A DNA stretch of 54,497 bases, filler included, from Catajapyx aquilonaris (GCA_000934665.2; 2 parts of 2 records of this genome joined end to end with filler, not necessarily neighbours in it), one strand, 5' to 3'. Counted from the first letter of the whole stretch, positions 12,309 to 25,121 are shown. Translations and numbers: made by a program. The notes: generated by a model not told the origin, from the sequence alone.

Positions 12309-14176
12309 TAGTCAGAATCAGAGATATGAAAGGTAGCTTTATGGTCAGAATATAATAATATTGCATTATTGCTCCAGCATTGCTCTTCTACACAAGAAAA
12401 TGCATTCTATTTCGAATAATTGCCTTCCTTGGTAGATACCAGGCTCTCCACACGATTTCATCTCTGCAACAATGTGTGTACCAGAGTGTGTTTGATTCCT
12501 ACCTGTGCTCGCACACGAAACTTCCTTCCTCACTCAGCATGGCCAAGAGATGGACTTGCTCTGATGGCTACGGTACGTCTTCGAAGGGTGAAGACCCTCC
12601 AGCGTCCAGCTCAGTCGAACACAGCAATCGAACACTGCACTGTTCCAACACCGGTTATTTATTTAGAACGTGACCATTTGGCTACACTGTATGATTTCTA
12701 TTTCCGCCCAATTTCTGGTGAATCCTTCATGAAGTAATTTATTGTTTTAAAAATAGAGAATGTTAGTCATAATTAATGAGGTAGTTTTATCTAACCAAAA
12801 TGTTTAAATATTAATATGTCACATTATTTGTTGCAGGTCTGAACCACCTCTGAACCGGTCTGAACACCATCACCCGAGTGGAATATCTAGACTACTGTTG
12901 CCTGCACATATTTTCAGAAAATTGTAAACCTAAAAAATCACGCTCCCGAAACAAACTAGATATTCATTTGCTTATACTACAGTATTTTGTAAACATAATC
13001 ACCTTGGTTACATGTTAATTTTTCTTCACTTTTTCCAGCTGACTTCATTATTAGTCCTAAGCATTTGGACTGAGGCTTAGACGCTTTTAAAAGTGCACAT
13101 AGCTGTAGAAAGCGCTTTTATTAATCCGCTGAGTATTTGCTACTGTAATATCGTTGTTAATCATGCTGAGGTTTGTGGGCACGTTTCTTCTAGGTAAGTT
13201 ACCTGTCAGGCCTATATGTCATTTTAAAATAATAAATATGTCAATGATTACCCATGGCAATATTAGGTCTAACCTTGGTCTAACCAATATTTGGGTATTA
13301 TCATTATGCCATGTAGGGAAAAGGAGACTCACCGTTTTTTTGGAAGGAGCTTGTACATCATTATTATGCCTCTTCATTAACACATTAATCTTGCAAAAAT
13401 TTAGTTCTGATAGCAATATGCATGTATGCTTTCAAAAATGGTAAACTAAGCACACAGAAATAGGTCTATTAATAGTCTATGTTTACCACAGCCAATCTTA
13501 TTATTTGGAATGCTGGACACTGGACAGGTCAGGGACTCAGTGTGGTTCTTTGTAGGAGTATCATTTGACCTTGCTTATTAATACTTATTAATGTCAAATA
13601 TATTTAACAGCTACTATCCTGGCATTATGGTGGAATATGCCTCATAGCAAGGTTTGCATATTTCTGCACTGCGTCCCAGACTACCAGATGGTGACTAGAG
13701 AAGATCCTGTGCTGGTAAAGCCTATATGGAAAATTCCCATAGGGCACACAACTCAGGTTAGTACACAACGTCTACCAAAGCCTATGGGTTTTGTGTGTCT
13801 CATGGGTACGTTATTTTCACCCTTTATGTCCATGGAACTAAATATCTCATGTAACAGGGATGACCTGAGGTTTTTAAAAAAAAACCCTGAACATAGCAGA
13901 AGTCATTGAATCATGGAATTTTTTTTAAGGTCCTGGCAGTGAAGCAGGATTTCACATGAATTTTTGTTTCATGTAGCAAAATGGGTATAATGTGAGCAAA
14001 TACAGAATTTTTAAGGTCCTTCAGTAAGGGAAACACTTTGTACTGTATAATTAATTATGTATTTGATGGAGAGGGAACGGTGGAAAAAATGGCAGTGAGA
14101 GGTGGGGATGAGAGAAAAATATTGTTTGTGGAGAAATGTTGAATGTTTTATTATTAAGCCAAGGCTCATTTTATTA

Positions 14177-14482
14177 CAGTAGAACCCTGATTATCCATCA
14201 CCCACGGAACGGAGGCATTGACACATAACAGTAAAGTTCGGATAATCCCAGGAGCAAAGGAAAACACAACAAAAAGCATAAACAATCATAAAATAATGCA
14301 CAATATTACATTTTTCTAAGAAAGAGTGACGTATTTATCTTTTACGTACACACTCTGATGTTTACAATTTAACTCAGGCAATACAAAACAAATGATTAGT
14401 ATAGGCCTGCATTACAGTATTCGATGAAAAATCATACATTTATTGCTGGAGTGGGACGGTCGAATATAAACGGGTTCTACTG
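14177..14482. mobile_element. pogo/Tigger-type MITE
   Basis: TA-CAGTAGAACCC ... GGGTTCTACTG-TA. Confidence 0.8.
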
Positions 14483-15477
14483 TATATGCATGAGCAATAT
14501 GCAATGTATTAGCAACTCTTAATTTCTTCCTGCAGTATCCATGGCTCTGTCATCGAAGTGACACTATTGGGAAGCAAATAAGAGATGACGAGACCATTTT
14601 GGGTTGCAGCTGCATTCCAGCCGACAAAGACAACTCAACTCGTTGTGGGTGTACCTCAACACGAAGTCATGCACCTTATTCTCTCTGCTTAACATGCCTA
14701 AACATCCATGATACTCTCTCATCATCTGATCTTGTCTGCAATGAATGCACATAACGAAGAGCTGTAAAAATAATATTTTAAGAGTATTTCCTGAGATGTT
14801 CTGCTAAAATTACTAAAGTCATATGTAAATCATGGATAAATAGTGCAGAAATTTGGAAAATATTAAATATCATGCTAGAATAAAAAATAGCAGCTTCACA
14901 TTGGCATACAGCAGTAATAAATGCTCTATCTTACATTCAGGAATATTTTAGTCTAGTCATTTTAAATGTCAGTCTAGAGAGAGAGAGAAAAAAATGCAAT
15001 ATATTCAATTTTATTACATACCCATTTTTATAAACACGTCTCTAAATAAAGAAGGAAAGCATATTTATGTCAGGCACTAATAATATTGAGTGGGCAACAG
15101 TTAGATCCACATCAGTAGATGCTTTTCCCATCAATCACAATGGCTAACAGGGGTTGCAAGATTCCAGTCACCATTGGAATTAGTGACATATCCAGAACAA
15201 TAACTTTTGACAGAATTAGGAAGATTTTGGACTATTGGATCACACGAATTGAAGAGTAAATCACGTGGCCCAAAAAATGTTACCGATGTGCTACACGTGC
15301 TGCAAGTGTGTTTTGAAGTAAAACTAACGCTAACCCCTCGAACATCCCTTTGAGAGACACTTTCCAGATTAGGGTCTATGCTAATTAATATCGTGTGAGC
15401 TTGGTCTATGACATCTGCTACTTTAATGGCAAAAGTGTACAAGAGCAGTGGTCTTGGAACGCACTAGGAGCTACATC

Positions 15478-17401
15478 TTAATAGCTGTCCAAGGGTGGGC
15501 CTGGTTCATAGTGGTCCTTCCTTTCCCCTGACCACCACTGGCGGTGACGCTCAAGACGCATAGCAGCAGCACGAGTCCGCTGAAAGAAAATAACACTTTG
15601 TGAAATTTGTATTATCATTTTTTAAATGTACACTGTGCCAGGGCCCTGGGCCCTCTTAGGGGAGTGGAATATCACCATTTTTTTTTGAACCATATATATA
15701 TGTGTGTTAATTGCTCCAAGGGTAAGTAGGAGGGATGTGCAAAGTGCAAGTGCAATGTCGTATATTGGTCATTTTGTGAACTCCCCCGGGTGGATTAGTC
15801 TAGAGGAAATTTCCACCCGAGACAAAGCCAGAGATGGCCCAACTCTGAACAAGATGAAGGGGGGAACCCCTGGCGGGATTTGATCCCGGGACCTTAACAC
15901 CCGTGGGAGCATATGTTACCGCAGCGCCACTTTGTCTCCCTTGTGAAATGGATTATTTTCCATAATGAGTATTTGCTGTCAACTGCAGTGTCTTGCAGCA
16001 GCCATAGGATAAATCAAGTTTGCTCAGGGACTGGCTAACCCTGTTCGGACTATGTACTATCTGTTTACATATGGACTCCTGCTACACTAACAACTCACTG
16101 GCCAAATACTTAAATAACTCATAACTCCTAAGCTAAGGTTCATTAGCATGTAGCACAACATATTTTTTTCTTCTTGTACAGTGGCTATATTCCCCATCAA
16201 ATGAGAATGGTTTCAACAAATTTGGGATTGGGCAGTTGACCATAAATCCATCAATTCAGACCTAATTAGACACTACCCAAAAATAATGTCCTGTAGCACT
16301 AACAATGATTATTAGGGTAATTAGGACACAAAACAAAAAATCTCTTGCTCCATTTCAGTTTATCAAAAATAACCTGGTTATGGCATTGCAAATCAATAAG
16401 ATTCAAAGATTCCTCTCTAAATATTCTTCCAATAAATTTCAGTGACAGCTCAACAACATAAACAGGCAATATTAAACCTTAATCCATGTGATTAACAGCA
16501 TGCCGGGTGTACTCATAGCCACAAATGCACTTATGTCACGGGCTTACAGCTCTGAAAGTAATTTCTGACCTTTACCAGGTAGATAATATTGTTCAGATGA
16601 TAAATTCATTGGGGTTAAGCATAGTGGCCAAGAAGAGCATGCAATTACCCCATCCCTACCAATTTTTGTGGGGCCAGCTGTGGCTGGGCTTGTACTTGGA
16701 TATGATTTAGTGTTGTGCTCTTTGCCCACTACCAGTTCTCCTAAGAAATGGAACATCATCCCAATATAACCTAATGATGATGCATCACCTGAATGGTGAG
16801 TTGCTTGTGGAATGCATTGATGGAGATGGGATAATTGCATGCTCATCTTTTCAAAGTCTAGAAGTCACTAGACTTTATTCCACTGAATTTTTCCTGTGGG
16901 GCCATATGAAAAATATTGCCTACCCGGCCTCTTATCGCATGCTGTCATCAGTCCACATCCGTTGTGATTGGAGTTGCCGCATCGGCAGTGCTGTAGTGCT
17001 CAACTGTGTGGCGATCCTGGCAGGCTTCACCCGCTGCCAGGATCAGCACACAGTTGAGAACTACAGCAGCATGATACGGCAACCCCACTCACCACAGGTA
17101 ACCTAGCTAACAGCATGGGGGTCTCCATAAGGATGGGGTAGGTGTTTTATTGGGCTGATCTAGCCTACTAGTAATGGATATGGCAGAGAGTTAATATTCA
17201 AACCTGCTTGTGCCTCATGGTGCACTCCCGAAAATCTTCATAGACGTCCTGGCACTTCACTCTAGCCCTATATCCCCCATAGGCCTCCAGGCACTCGATG
17301 AAACGCATCTCAAAGTCAGCGCATTTCCCAAATGTCTGACTTGTCATCATGGGGCCAGTTACATCCGTGAATGGAGTGCGAAGAAAAGGACCCAGTGACA
17401 T
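15478..17401 (-). CDS. NDUFS5: NADH:ubiquinone oxidoreductase iron-sulfur protein 5 (15 kDa), 2 coding exons, 99 aa
   Basis: Exon 17401-17204 (MSLGPFLRTPFTD...CADFEMRFIEC...CQDVYEDFREC, twin CX9C) spliced in phase 0 to 15579-15478 (RTRAAAMRLERHRQWWSGERKDHYEPGPPLDSY*). An acceptor at 17431-17430 implies an upstream non-coding exon. Confidence 0.92.
15720..15940 (-). mobile_element. Degenerate tRNA-derived SINE in the NDUFS5 intron
   Basis: Minus strand has A-box-like GTGGCGCTGCGGTAA (15930-15916) and B-box-like GGATCAAATCCC (15886-15875) at tRNA-like spacing; no intact cloverleaf or CCA. Confidence 0.55.
16600..16930 (+). mobile_element. Degraded Tc1/mariner transposase relic
   Basis: EFFLWGHMKNIAY resembles the DFFLWGxxKxxVY motif after WPxRSPDL; surrounded by stops and frameshifts. 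Confidence 0.5.
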
Positions 17402-17687
17402 CTTGGATGGCTGCTTTCTTTGTCAAGATCTAAAGAATGAAGAATAGCCTGAGGTTAGGAAATTCCAAATTATAAGCCAAAAATGCATGCCATCATGCCA
17501 CAAAGTCTCAACAGTGGCAGATTATGACTTCATAATGAGTGTCATTACCTTACATTCTGTTCTCACAACTATGAAGTGTACAAGTCAAGGAAATAGTCCA
17601 AGAGTTTTGCAAAAGTTAAGCAAGATTATGATACTGCAAAACTGGGCCATACCAAAATGATTTTCAATTATATTTTTTTGCCACACA

Positions 17688-18140
17688 TACAGGTGGGTAG
17701 ATTGGCACACATTATCAATAGAATCCTCCTGGAGCCGAATGCACTGGTGCCATTGGTGTGGCAGCCTCTTCAGACACTCCAGGAACCACTTTTTGGCCTA
17801 CCCACTCCTGGACAACTGCTTGCAGTCAACAACATCCTCAAAATATTGTTGGCGAAGGGGTTTTTTCATGGCTCCAAACAGGTGAAAGTCACTGGGGGCC
17901 AGGCTGGGGGAGTATGACAAGTGTGGAAGCATCCACACCCTGATCCATGAAAAATTTCCCTTGCCGATGCCACTTTGAGAACATTGTTGACTGCAAGCAG
18001 TTGTCCGGGAGTGGGCACTACCGAAGCATGGTTCTCAGAGGGCCTGGAGAGGTAGCCACACCCATGGTGCCAGTGCCTTCAGCTCCAGGCTATCCTTGTA
18101 AATCACATTGCCATTTCCTGCACATGGTAATCATACACTG
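17688..18140. mobile_element. Mariner relic with inverted duplication of its 3' part
   Basis: Minus strand has PSLAPSDFHLFGAMKKPLRQQYFEDVVDCKQ (mariner YSPDLAPSD motif); ~17720-17840 and ~17975-18095 are diverged inverted copies. Confidence 0.75.
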
Positions 18141-18829
18141 TGATTGACCAACAAATTTAAAGAAAACCTCATGTTTTACTAGCAGAGATGCTAGCGTGAC
18201 ACATACACAAGATATTAGGGGTAGACAAGAACAACTTTGAGGATAAAAGAACAATACTAAACACTGGTACAATGCTGTAGCATAGCTGTTGAAGAAAATA
18301 TGTGTTGTGCAATGAAGAACACTTGTGCAACATCTTTTTCTGGCTGTTAAAAGTACAATAGGACCATAACATTATTGTGGTGGATGCTGATACAACGAAA
18401 TGCATAAAAAATGGTACATGATCCATTGATTTGATCATTGATGTGATAATACTGGCATTCATGTTTCTCAGCGGTTATGACATGGCCTGGATAAAGTGTC
18501 ATAAAAACCACATAAAATATCACTTCCAGTTGAACATTATTCATCTTGACAGTGGTCCATATGTGTTGCTAGTTCTCTGAAATGTCAGTCACACCATCAC
18601 ACCAGAGCAGTGCTTCCCAATCTTTTTCATTGGTAACCCCAGAAAATCGTCTTGTAAAATTCCAGACCCCACTTTATAATTCAAGACTCTCCCATGTTCA
18701 CACTGGCTCTCCCATCACCCCGCCACACATGCACATATTGATCAACAAACATGAAACGATGCGCACACAATGGTAGCTGATGACAATCATTGATAATTAT
18801 TGTTGAGTAACTGAATATTGTTCAGAAAC

Positions 18830-20710
18830 TTACCTCTTATGTGAGACTTGCCCCTGAGCTTCACCACACAAACGATCAAAGTCAGGCTTTGTAGAGGAGA
18901 GCACACACCTAAGTTCTTTCGAAAGGTCCAGTGATGAACGACAGCTGGACTTGGTAGCCACTGCTGCACTAAATCCCGATTCACATTGGTAGGATGTTGT
19001 AAAAAGTACGAGCCACTTCAATGCGCGATGGGACAATTTTTTGTACTCTTCTCTGATGCTGAGCCAAAATTCAGATGTTGAAAGATTTGAAAAGGAAGCT
19101 AGGTGGGTTCTGTCTTCTGAGAGGTCAATTAACTGTTCCACTTCACCAACTGGGAGGTCAGTTTTCTCAGGGCAAGAATGGAATGGATTTCTAATCCAAT
19201 CCAGCTGGTCCAAGTTAATGCCAGGAAAGTATGACTTGAAACTGTTTTCTATGGAACTGAGGTGGGCAACAATAGTTCCTGTGGAAGGTTGTACAGCACT
19301 ATTCTCAGAAAGGAAACTGGACAGACTAGGAAAACACTCGAACTTTCCTTCCTCTACGCAAGTCTTCCAGAGTGCTAGTTTCCTAAGAAATCCATTGATC
19401 CGATCGCTCAGTATGAGAATGTGGGTGTCTTTTCCTTGTAGGCTTGCGTTCAAGTCATTAAGCTTCTGGAACATGTCACTTAGGTAGGAAAGCAGGCTCA
19501 TCTGGTGACCGTCTCGAAAGAAATGTGCAAATTTCTGATTCCCACAGCTCACGAAATATGCGTATATTTCTGTGCGCAGCTCAAAGAAACACTGCAGTGC
19601 TTTTCCTCTGGACAGCCATTGCATTTGTGTGTGGTAAAGCGTCTCATCGTGCTCAGCTCCCATGTCCTGGCGAATTTTCGCAAATAATCTGGCTCTGAGG
19701 GGATGATTTTTTATCAAATTCACGGCTGCCACCACTACCTGCATTACCTCATGTAATTCGCTACTGAGAGGTTTTGAAGCCAGTTGCTCTAGATTAATTA
19801 AACAATGAGTCCATACCACAGACGGGGCCATATTCTTCACCAAACTGTGAAATAATCCTTGACATCCAGACATGGAAGGTGCTCCGTCAGTGCAGAGTCC
19901 AACCAGTGTGTCTGTTGGAATTTCATTCTCCTGGAGAAAGTTTTGCAGAACTTGAAACATAGCCTCACCATTTTCCTGGTCTGGGAGGGGAAGGCAAAAG
20001 AGAAAATCTTCCTCAATGTGTGCCTTGCCGACATATCGCACGTAGGTCATGATGTGGGCGTTGCGTCCATCAGTGCTCACATCCACCTGGAGGGCATATG
20101 CATGTGTTTGCTGGAGGTGTTCCACAAGAGTTTTCTTCTGGTATGTGACGATAGCTTCAATCCTTCGCTTCACCGTACTGTTGGACAATGGGATGTTTTT
20201 CAGTTTGTCGGCCTCAGCATCCCCACACATTATCCGAACCATATCAATAGCTGCTGGCAAAATCAAACTCTCGGCAATGGTGTGCGGCTTTTTGCACTGA
20301 GCGATCCGATAGCTGACTTCAAAAGATGCTCGCAAGGCTTGGTTTGAAATGGTCATTTTCTTTTTAAATTCCTTCGTTTGTGATGCAAGTCCATCCAAAT
20401 GAAACTTAAAAAACTCTCTTGGCTTCCCCACATGCTCCAAGTGGTGGGTCTGAAGGTGTCGCCTCAGTTTGTTTGGCTTCATGCTCTCCGACGACAACAC
20501 AACTTGGCACAACACACACTGGGGTCGGTCTTCCTCATTCACATTAACATGGGTAAATCCCAGCTCCAGGTAGGCTTCATTGTACCTCCTCTTTTTTGTA
20601 CGCACACGTACCGACTGCTCTCTACTTGATGAAGCAGTCGGTAAGTGTTCCTCTCTTGGTGTCTGGACAGACTCCAAAGCATATGACGTTTGCACAAAAA
20701 ACTTTTCCAT
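18830..20710 (-). CDS. Intact hAT/Buster (Charlie; ZBED5/ZBED8/SCAND3-like) transposase-derived protein, ~626 aa
   Basis: Uninterrupted ORF from ATG 20710. BED finger PQCVLC...MKPNKLRRHLQTHH, KKPHTIAESLILPAA, PLSNSTVKRRI, QVDVSTD, CTDGAPSM, WLSRGK, TSYQCESGFS, C-terminal QGQVSH. Only degenerate TIR-like relics (~18608 CAGTGCTTCCCAATC; ~21132 GGAACACTG) and no matching 8-bp TSD. Confidence 0.93.
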   Translation of the reverse strand: MEKFFVQTSYALESVQTPREEHLPTASSSREQSVRVRTKKRRYNEAYLELGFTHVNVNEEDRPQCVLCQVVLSSESMKPNKLRRHLQTHHLEHVGKPREFFKFHLDGLASQTKEFKKKMTISNQALRASFEVSYRIAQCKKPHTIAESLILPAAIDMVRIMCGDAEADKLKNIPLSNSTVKRRIEAIVTYQKKTLVEHLQQTHAYALQVDVSTDGRNAHIMTYVRYVGKAHIEEDFLFCLPLPDQENGEAMFQVLQNFLQENEIPTDTLVGLCTDGAPSMSGCQGLFHSLVKNMAPSVVWTHCLINLEQLASKPLSSELHEVMQVVVAAVNLIKNHPLRARLFAKIRQDMGAEHDETLYHTQMQWLSRGKALQCFFELRTEIYAYFVSCGNQKFAHFFRDGHQMSLLSYLSDMFQKLNDLNASLQGKDTHILILSDRINGFLRKLALWKTCVEEGKFECFPSLSSFLSENSAVQPSTGTIVAHLSSIENSFKSYFPGINLDQLDWIRNPFHSCPEKTDLPVGEVEQLIDLSEDRTHLASFSNLSTSEFWLSIREEYKKLSHRALKWLVLFTTSYQCESGFSAAVATKSSCRSSLDLSKELRCVLSSTKPDFDRLCGEAQGQVSHKR

Positions 20711-22011
20711 TGTCCACCTATTCACCTAACCAACAATGAAAGCCAACGAAACCACTTTCATACCGCAAGGTCCCTTACAAACAGGGAGGTGTCTGGCCCA
20801 CACGCATCTCCAGCTACTCTAGTTCTGCTTCTGTCTGAATCTCCGAGCTTATATTGTGAATCACTACACTTCTTAATCCAAAACACTTGTGGACGAAGGA
20901 ACTGAATTGTGCAATCCGAGAACGTGACTTTCAGCTAGGTTAGTTTATTAGGCGGCCACACTCAGAATTCAATAATCTTACTTACGGGAATATTTTTTAA
21001 AGAAATAATAATTTTGTAAAAATAAATTGTTACCCTTCTCTGTGACCCCTAAGAACTGCACCAGGGGTTTTTCCTCTACAACTTTGATTTTCTACGTTGG
21101 TCAATCACAGTTCACAATTACCCGGAACACTGGTTCTGCTCATAAAAAGCAAATAAGCAGAATGAAATCAACTGCACAATGTGTTTAGACGCAGTGAAAA
21201 CAGGTCCATTGCGAAAGACTGCTTGCTGGGAATGTATGATTATTTGGCTGCTGCTGCCGCTGCCTGTCCTTCCCCACCTCTAGGCCTTCCCAAAATCTGG
21301 TGCATACAACTCCACAACCCGTCCAGCCACACACGCACACACTCAATCAATATTCCAGTGTGATTCTTTGGTTACTGTCTCTGCAGCTAATACTGACCAA
21401 CGTGGAAATGTCCTGCCAGAACCGGCCTCTTTCGTCTGCCTGTAACTGCCACACACCCCTCTCCTTCCTTCCGCACCTCAGGCTACCTCCGTCCGTGTTC
21501 CTCAGCAGGAATCCGTCCTTCTCCCAGTTCTCTCTGGTGTTCTACTCCAAAGAACCACTGGGCCTACTGTTGGCATCACTGCGCAACAATTTATTACACG
21601 CTTTCACTGCGGGCGGTTTATTAATTTATTTTAACAAATACAGTCACAATTTTGAGTTTTGTGATGGACAAGCATAATCTGGTTTTAGTTTTAATGATAT
21701 CCGGAGCAGGGGTGCCGTAGGGTGGCGCCATCTACGCCAAGCGCAGAATCACGCGCAGAATTTGAAATGTGTCGTCGTGGCTACTGCCAGAGAATCCCAT
21801 GGGGCCATGGGAATCCCTGCTACTGCTCATTGTATTTGCCTCCCTAGTAAAGTGTCGAGGATAAATTCTTATCAGGCATAATCGGAAATAACAATAAGTA
21901 AAAAAAATAAGTTACAATATTTCTGCTTAGAGGGAATAGATGTGTCACGAGTGCTTACGTGGGTTTTCCTAAAGTTATGTATCAGTTCCAGCGTTTAAAA
22001 AATTATTATAT

Positions 22012-22068
22012 TCTGGTAATATAAGTTGGATCTTACATAATATGTAAGATCCAACTTATATTACCAGA
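22012..22068. repeat. Perfect inverted repeat, 28-bp arms, 1-nt spacer
   Basis: TCTGGTAATATAAGTTGGATCTTACATA-A-TATGTAAGATCCAACTTATATTACCAGA. Confidence 0.95.
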
Positions 22069-22686
22069 CTGGTGTATTATTTCTTATATATTATATATTA
22101 TATTATATATAGGGTTTTCTCGGTTATCAGGGCGTCCGGAGTAGTGGCTGGTGGCGAGAGGGGGGGGGGGGCTTGTTTTTGACGAAGNGACGAAGTACAG
22201 TATTTCATAGGGTAATATTAAAATTTAATATTGAGTGTCTGTTTCTGAGGTGGGCAGGGGTCTGAAAAATTATGAACACTTACAATTCAGTCATATTTAT
22301 TTTCACAAATAATACAACAAGTCGCCTACAAGTTAAGAGTGCAAAAGTGTAATAGATTTCCTCATTTCTTTGTATGAGTACCATAACAATAGCCTATTGG
22401 TTGCAAATCACTTCAATATGATTTGTTTTAACCTTTGTTGCACAGTATTTGAACTGCTACTGTATTATTATTGTTTAATATATGTATACTTGTGCCAACT
22501 GGATTAAAATTAATTTAATTCAAAACTTATCAAGCTTACACTGCGGGAATTGTGGAGCAATCGTTCGTATTATATCGAGAATGATTGTCTTATGATATGT
22601 ACAGTACAACGTAATGAAATCAATCTGGCACTTCATAAAACATAAGATGCAGGCCAACTACTGTACCATGCTCCCAATTTGACACA

Positions 22687-25121
22687 TTAATTCTCTTTGG
22701 AATTCTTGGTATCTGCCGGATAAAATTTAGTTGCCATTTTAATATGCTCTTGAGGCATGTCCTTGTCTCCCCAACCCCATATGTAGTGTGTTCCATCTCC
22801 AGTGCGGAGGGCACGTTGTTTGATTACATCCGGAGAGACAGTCTTGAGATCATAGGCCCAACCAATCAGGCCAAAGAAATCGATTACCAGAGTAGTGAGA
22901 TTAAATCCTCGTAAGAGTCCGTTAAAGCGCAATTCAGATGCTCGATAATCCCATGGAAAAACATGATGATAATTGTGGTAACCTTCCCCTTGTCCAATGA
23001 TTCCCAACAGAATTGAATTTGTTGCTCTGATGTTCCTGTTGAATACAAGTACCGGTATAGTTATGAATTCACATGAGCAGGGTAATTTTCACATACAAAG
23101 AAGCCAATTCGTAATATTAGCTAGGAAGTGGGAGATGCAAGTGCAAATGTCCAAAATATAGAGAACAGTGTAGACGTTAGCAAATTGCAAATTTAAAAGT
23201 TGTGTACAACATAACTAACCTGTCATATGGTTTGTTTCCAAAAAAATGTGCATAGCTATTAATCATCCATGTGATATTTAGTAAAATTGCGTATCTGCCT
23301 AGGTTTCCATAAAGGAAGCAATAAAACCAGTTTTCATAGGTGAACAGTCTGAAGACCAGCAGTGGGATAACAAACGTAGAAATTAGGTAGAGTTTTGTAT
23401 AGTGTCTGTAAATGTAATAACAAAAATTATTGTATGGAATATTTCAGATAATTTGACAATAACAATGAAATTTTAACTGCATGTCAGAACTCACTTGTGC
23501 TGCCACATTATGTAAGGGTCTTCCTCCATATCTTTCATATCCAAGTTCTTTCCAGCTTTTGCAACGTCTGGATGTTTTTTGCACATAAGCCATCCAATAT
23601 GAGCAAAAAAGAAGCCTCTCTTGATGTTATGTGGGTCTGCGTTGGTTTCAGTATATTTATGATGCATGCGATGGTCACGAACCCATACATAGCACGAATT
23701 CTTAAAATAATAACACGAATAAGAGGAGGTATAACAACATTTTTCGTCATATTTGTTTTGAAAATATATATTTACCTCAAGGTACTCTTGAGTAACACGG
23801 TAGTATTTCTTAAATTAGGCCTACTATATAGTCATACTTTCAAAAATGCAAAATAAGCGCATTAGCAGATGAATGTCAATTTATGCTAACTTTACATGGA
23901 TTACAGTCCCCACAATAACTCAAATATTCCTTTCGACTCCAACGTTTCGGTACATACTATACAGCAGAGACTTGCTAAATGATCATAAGGATCTCATCAG
24001 TAATCTTATCCCTGGCAGAATGAATAATATTATAATTGAGTTGTCGGCAAAAGAATGGTGTAGGCTTATACTGCAACATCTTACCCCAACTTCTGCTGGC
24101 CGAAGTATTATTGCTGCAATAATTGGTTTCCGATTTTCTCAAATCTTCGGAGTTTTGCTTCGGCCTAGTTTTGTCATAGCATGTGTCAACTAGTCACTTC
24201 AGGATGCCATGTTTTGTCTCATTGGGATACAAATAGCCTTCCTGCACCCCAGTGCAAAAATTACAATCACCTTTGCTAGCGTGTTTTGTGCTGGGCAAAA
24301 AGGCGTAACCCAGTTTGCATTAGACTTTCATATAGGCCTACATAATGATTGCGTATTTGCGTATCGTCTTGAAGAGTGGTTTATCTGGTTCTGGATCTGG
24401 ATAATCTGTGTAATGACTGCGTACCAGTGCGGCGGCTTTTAACAGCGAAACAAAATTATATCTCTGCAAATTAACGCTGTTTCTGTGTGTAATGTTTTAC
24501 CAATCTTAAGCGGTATTCCTATAGCCTATAACCTTCTTTTTCAATCTAGTTTCTAACCTTGTAACAGGCAGTATTAAAGAATACTTTTGATTATACAGTA
24601 GGCCTAATAATATTTTATGGTGTTGCCTATATACTCCACCTCCACTACCTCTTTTACACTTTCCCTTATTTTCTGAAAATGGCTGAAAATGAACCATACC
24701 TCTGATGCTAATGTCTGGAAAAATAGCAGGATTACTTTTAAGGGCAATTTGGCTCTATACCCCTTGTGAGACCAAAGGCGATGTGCTCCAGCGGTAATAC
24801 CAAGATTGCCCAGTGTAGAATATACATAACCTGAAAGGAAATGATATTACTGTCACATAGTTATTATTATTAGTGACATTTTAGATACTCACCAACAAGG
24901 AATGTTCGGAGGGCTAAGTTCCCTGTCACTATTAGAATGAAAAGGTGTATACCAGCCAACTGAACGACTGTCAGAAATATAACATTTCGCCACACTAACT
25001 CGATCCTTGAGGTACTGCTATCTTTACAATCATCACCACTGACAGTGCCATGATCTTGCGGCTTTGAAGGAATGGTTTCTTGTGCTCTGCCGATTGCTTT
25101 TAGTTCAACTGTTTCCAGCAT
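22687..25121 (-). CDS. Acyl-CoA desaturase (Delta9/Delta11 first-desaturase family), 5 exons, ~366 aa
   Basis: Exons 25121-24893, 24830-24700, 23700-23495, 23405-23220, 23035-22687 join in frame (1101 nt). His boxes GITAGAHRLWSH, DHRMHHKYTET, GEGYHNYHHVFPWDY; also RGFFFAHIGW, GNKPYD, RTGDG. Confidence 0.95.

Noticed and set aside
12380..14770. Scattered splice-like sites and short ORFs between the ASB-like gene and NDUFS5
   Set aside because: No consistent reading frame or domain; possibly UTR exons but unsupported.
15860..15940. Possible tRNA gene
   Set aside because: A/B boxes are degenerate and there is no cloverleaf; treated as a SINE head.
19041..20629. Plus-strand ORFs over the Buster gene, and similar antisense ORFs over Gypsy and Penelope pieces
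   Set aside because: Shadow frames opposite recognisable coding sequence.
21710..21740. CTCF-like/housekeeping promoter motif GGTGGCGCCATCTAC
   Set aside because: Plausible promoter position for the Buster/NDUFS5 unit, but one short motif is insufficient.
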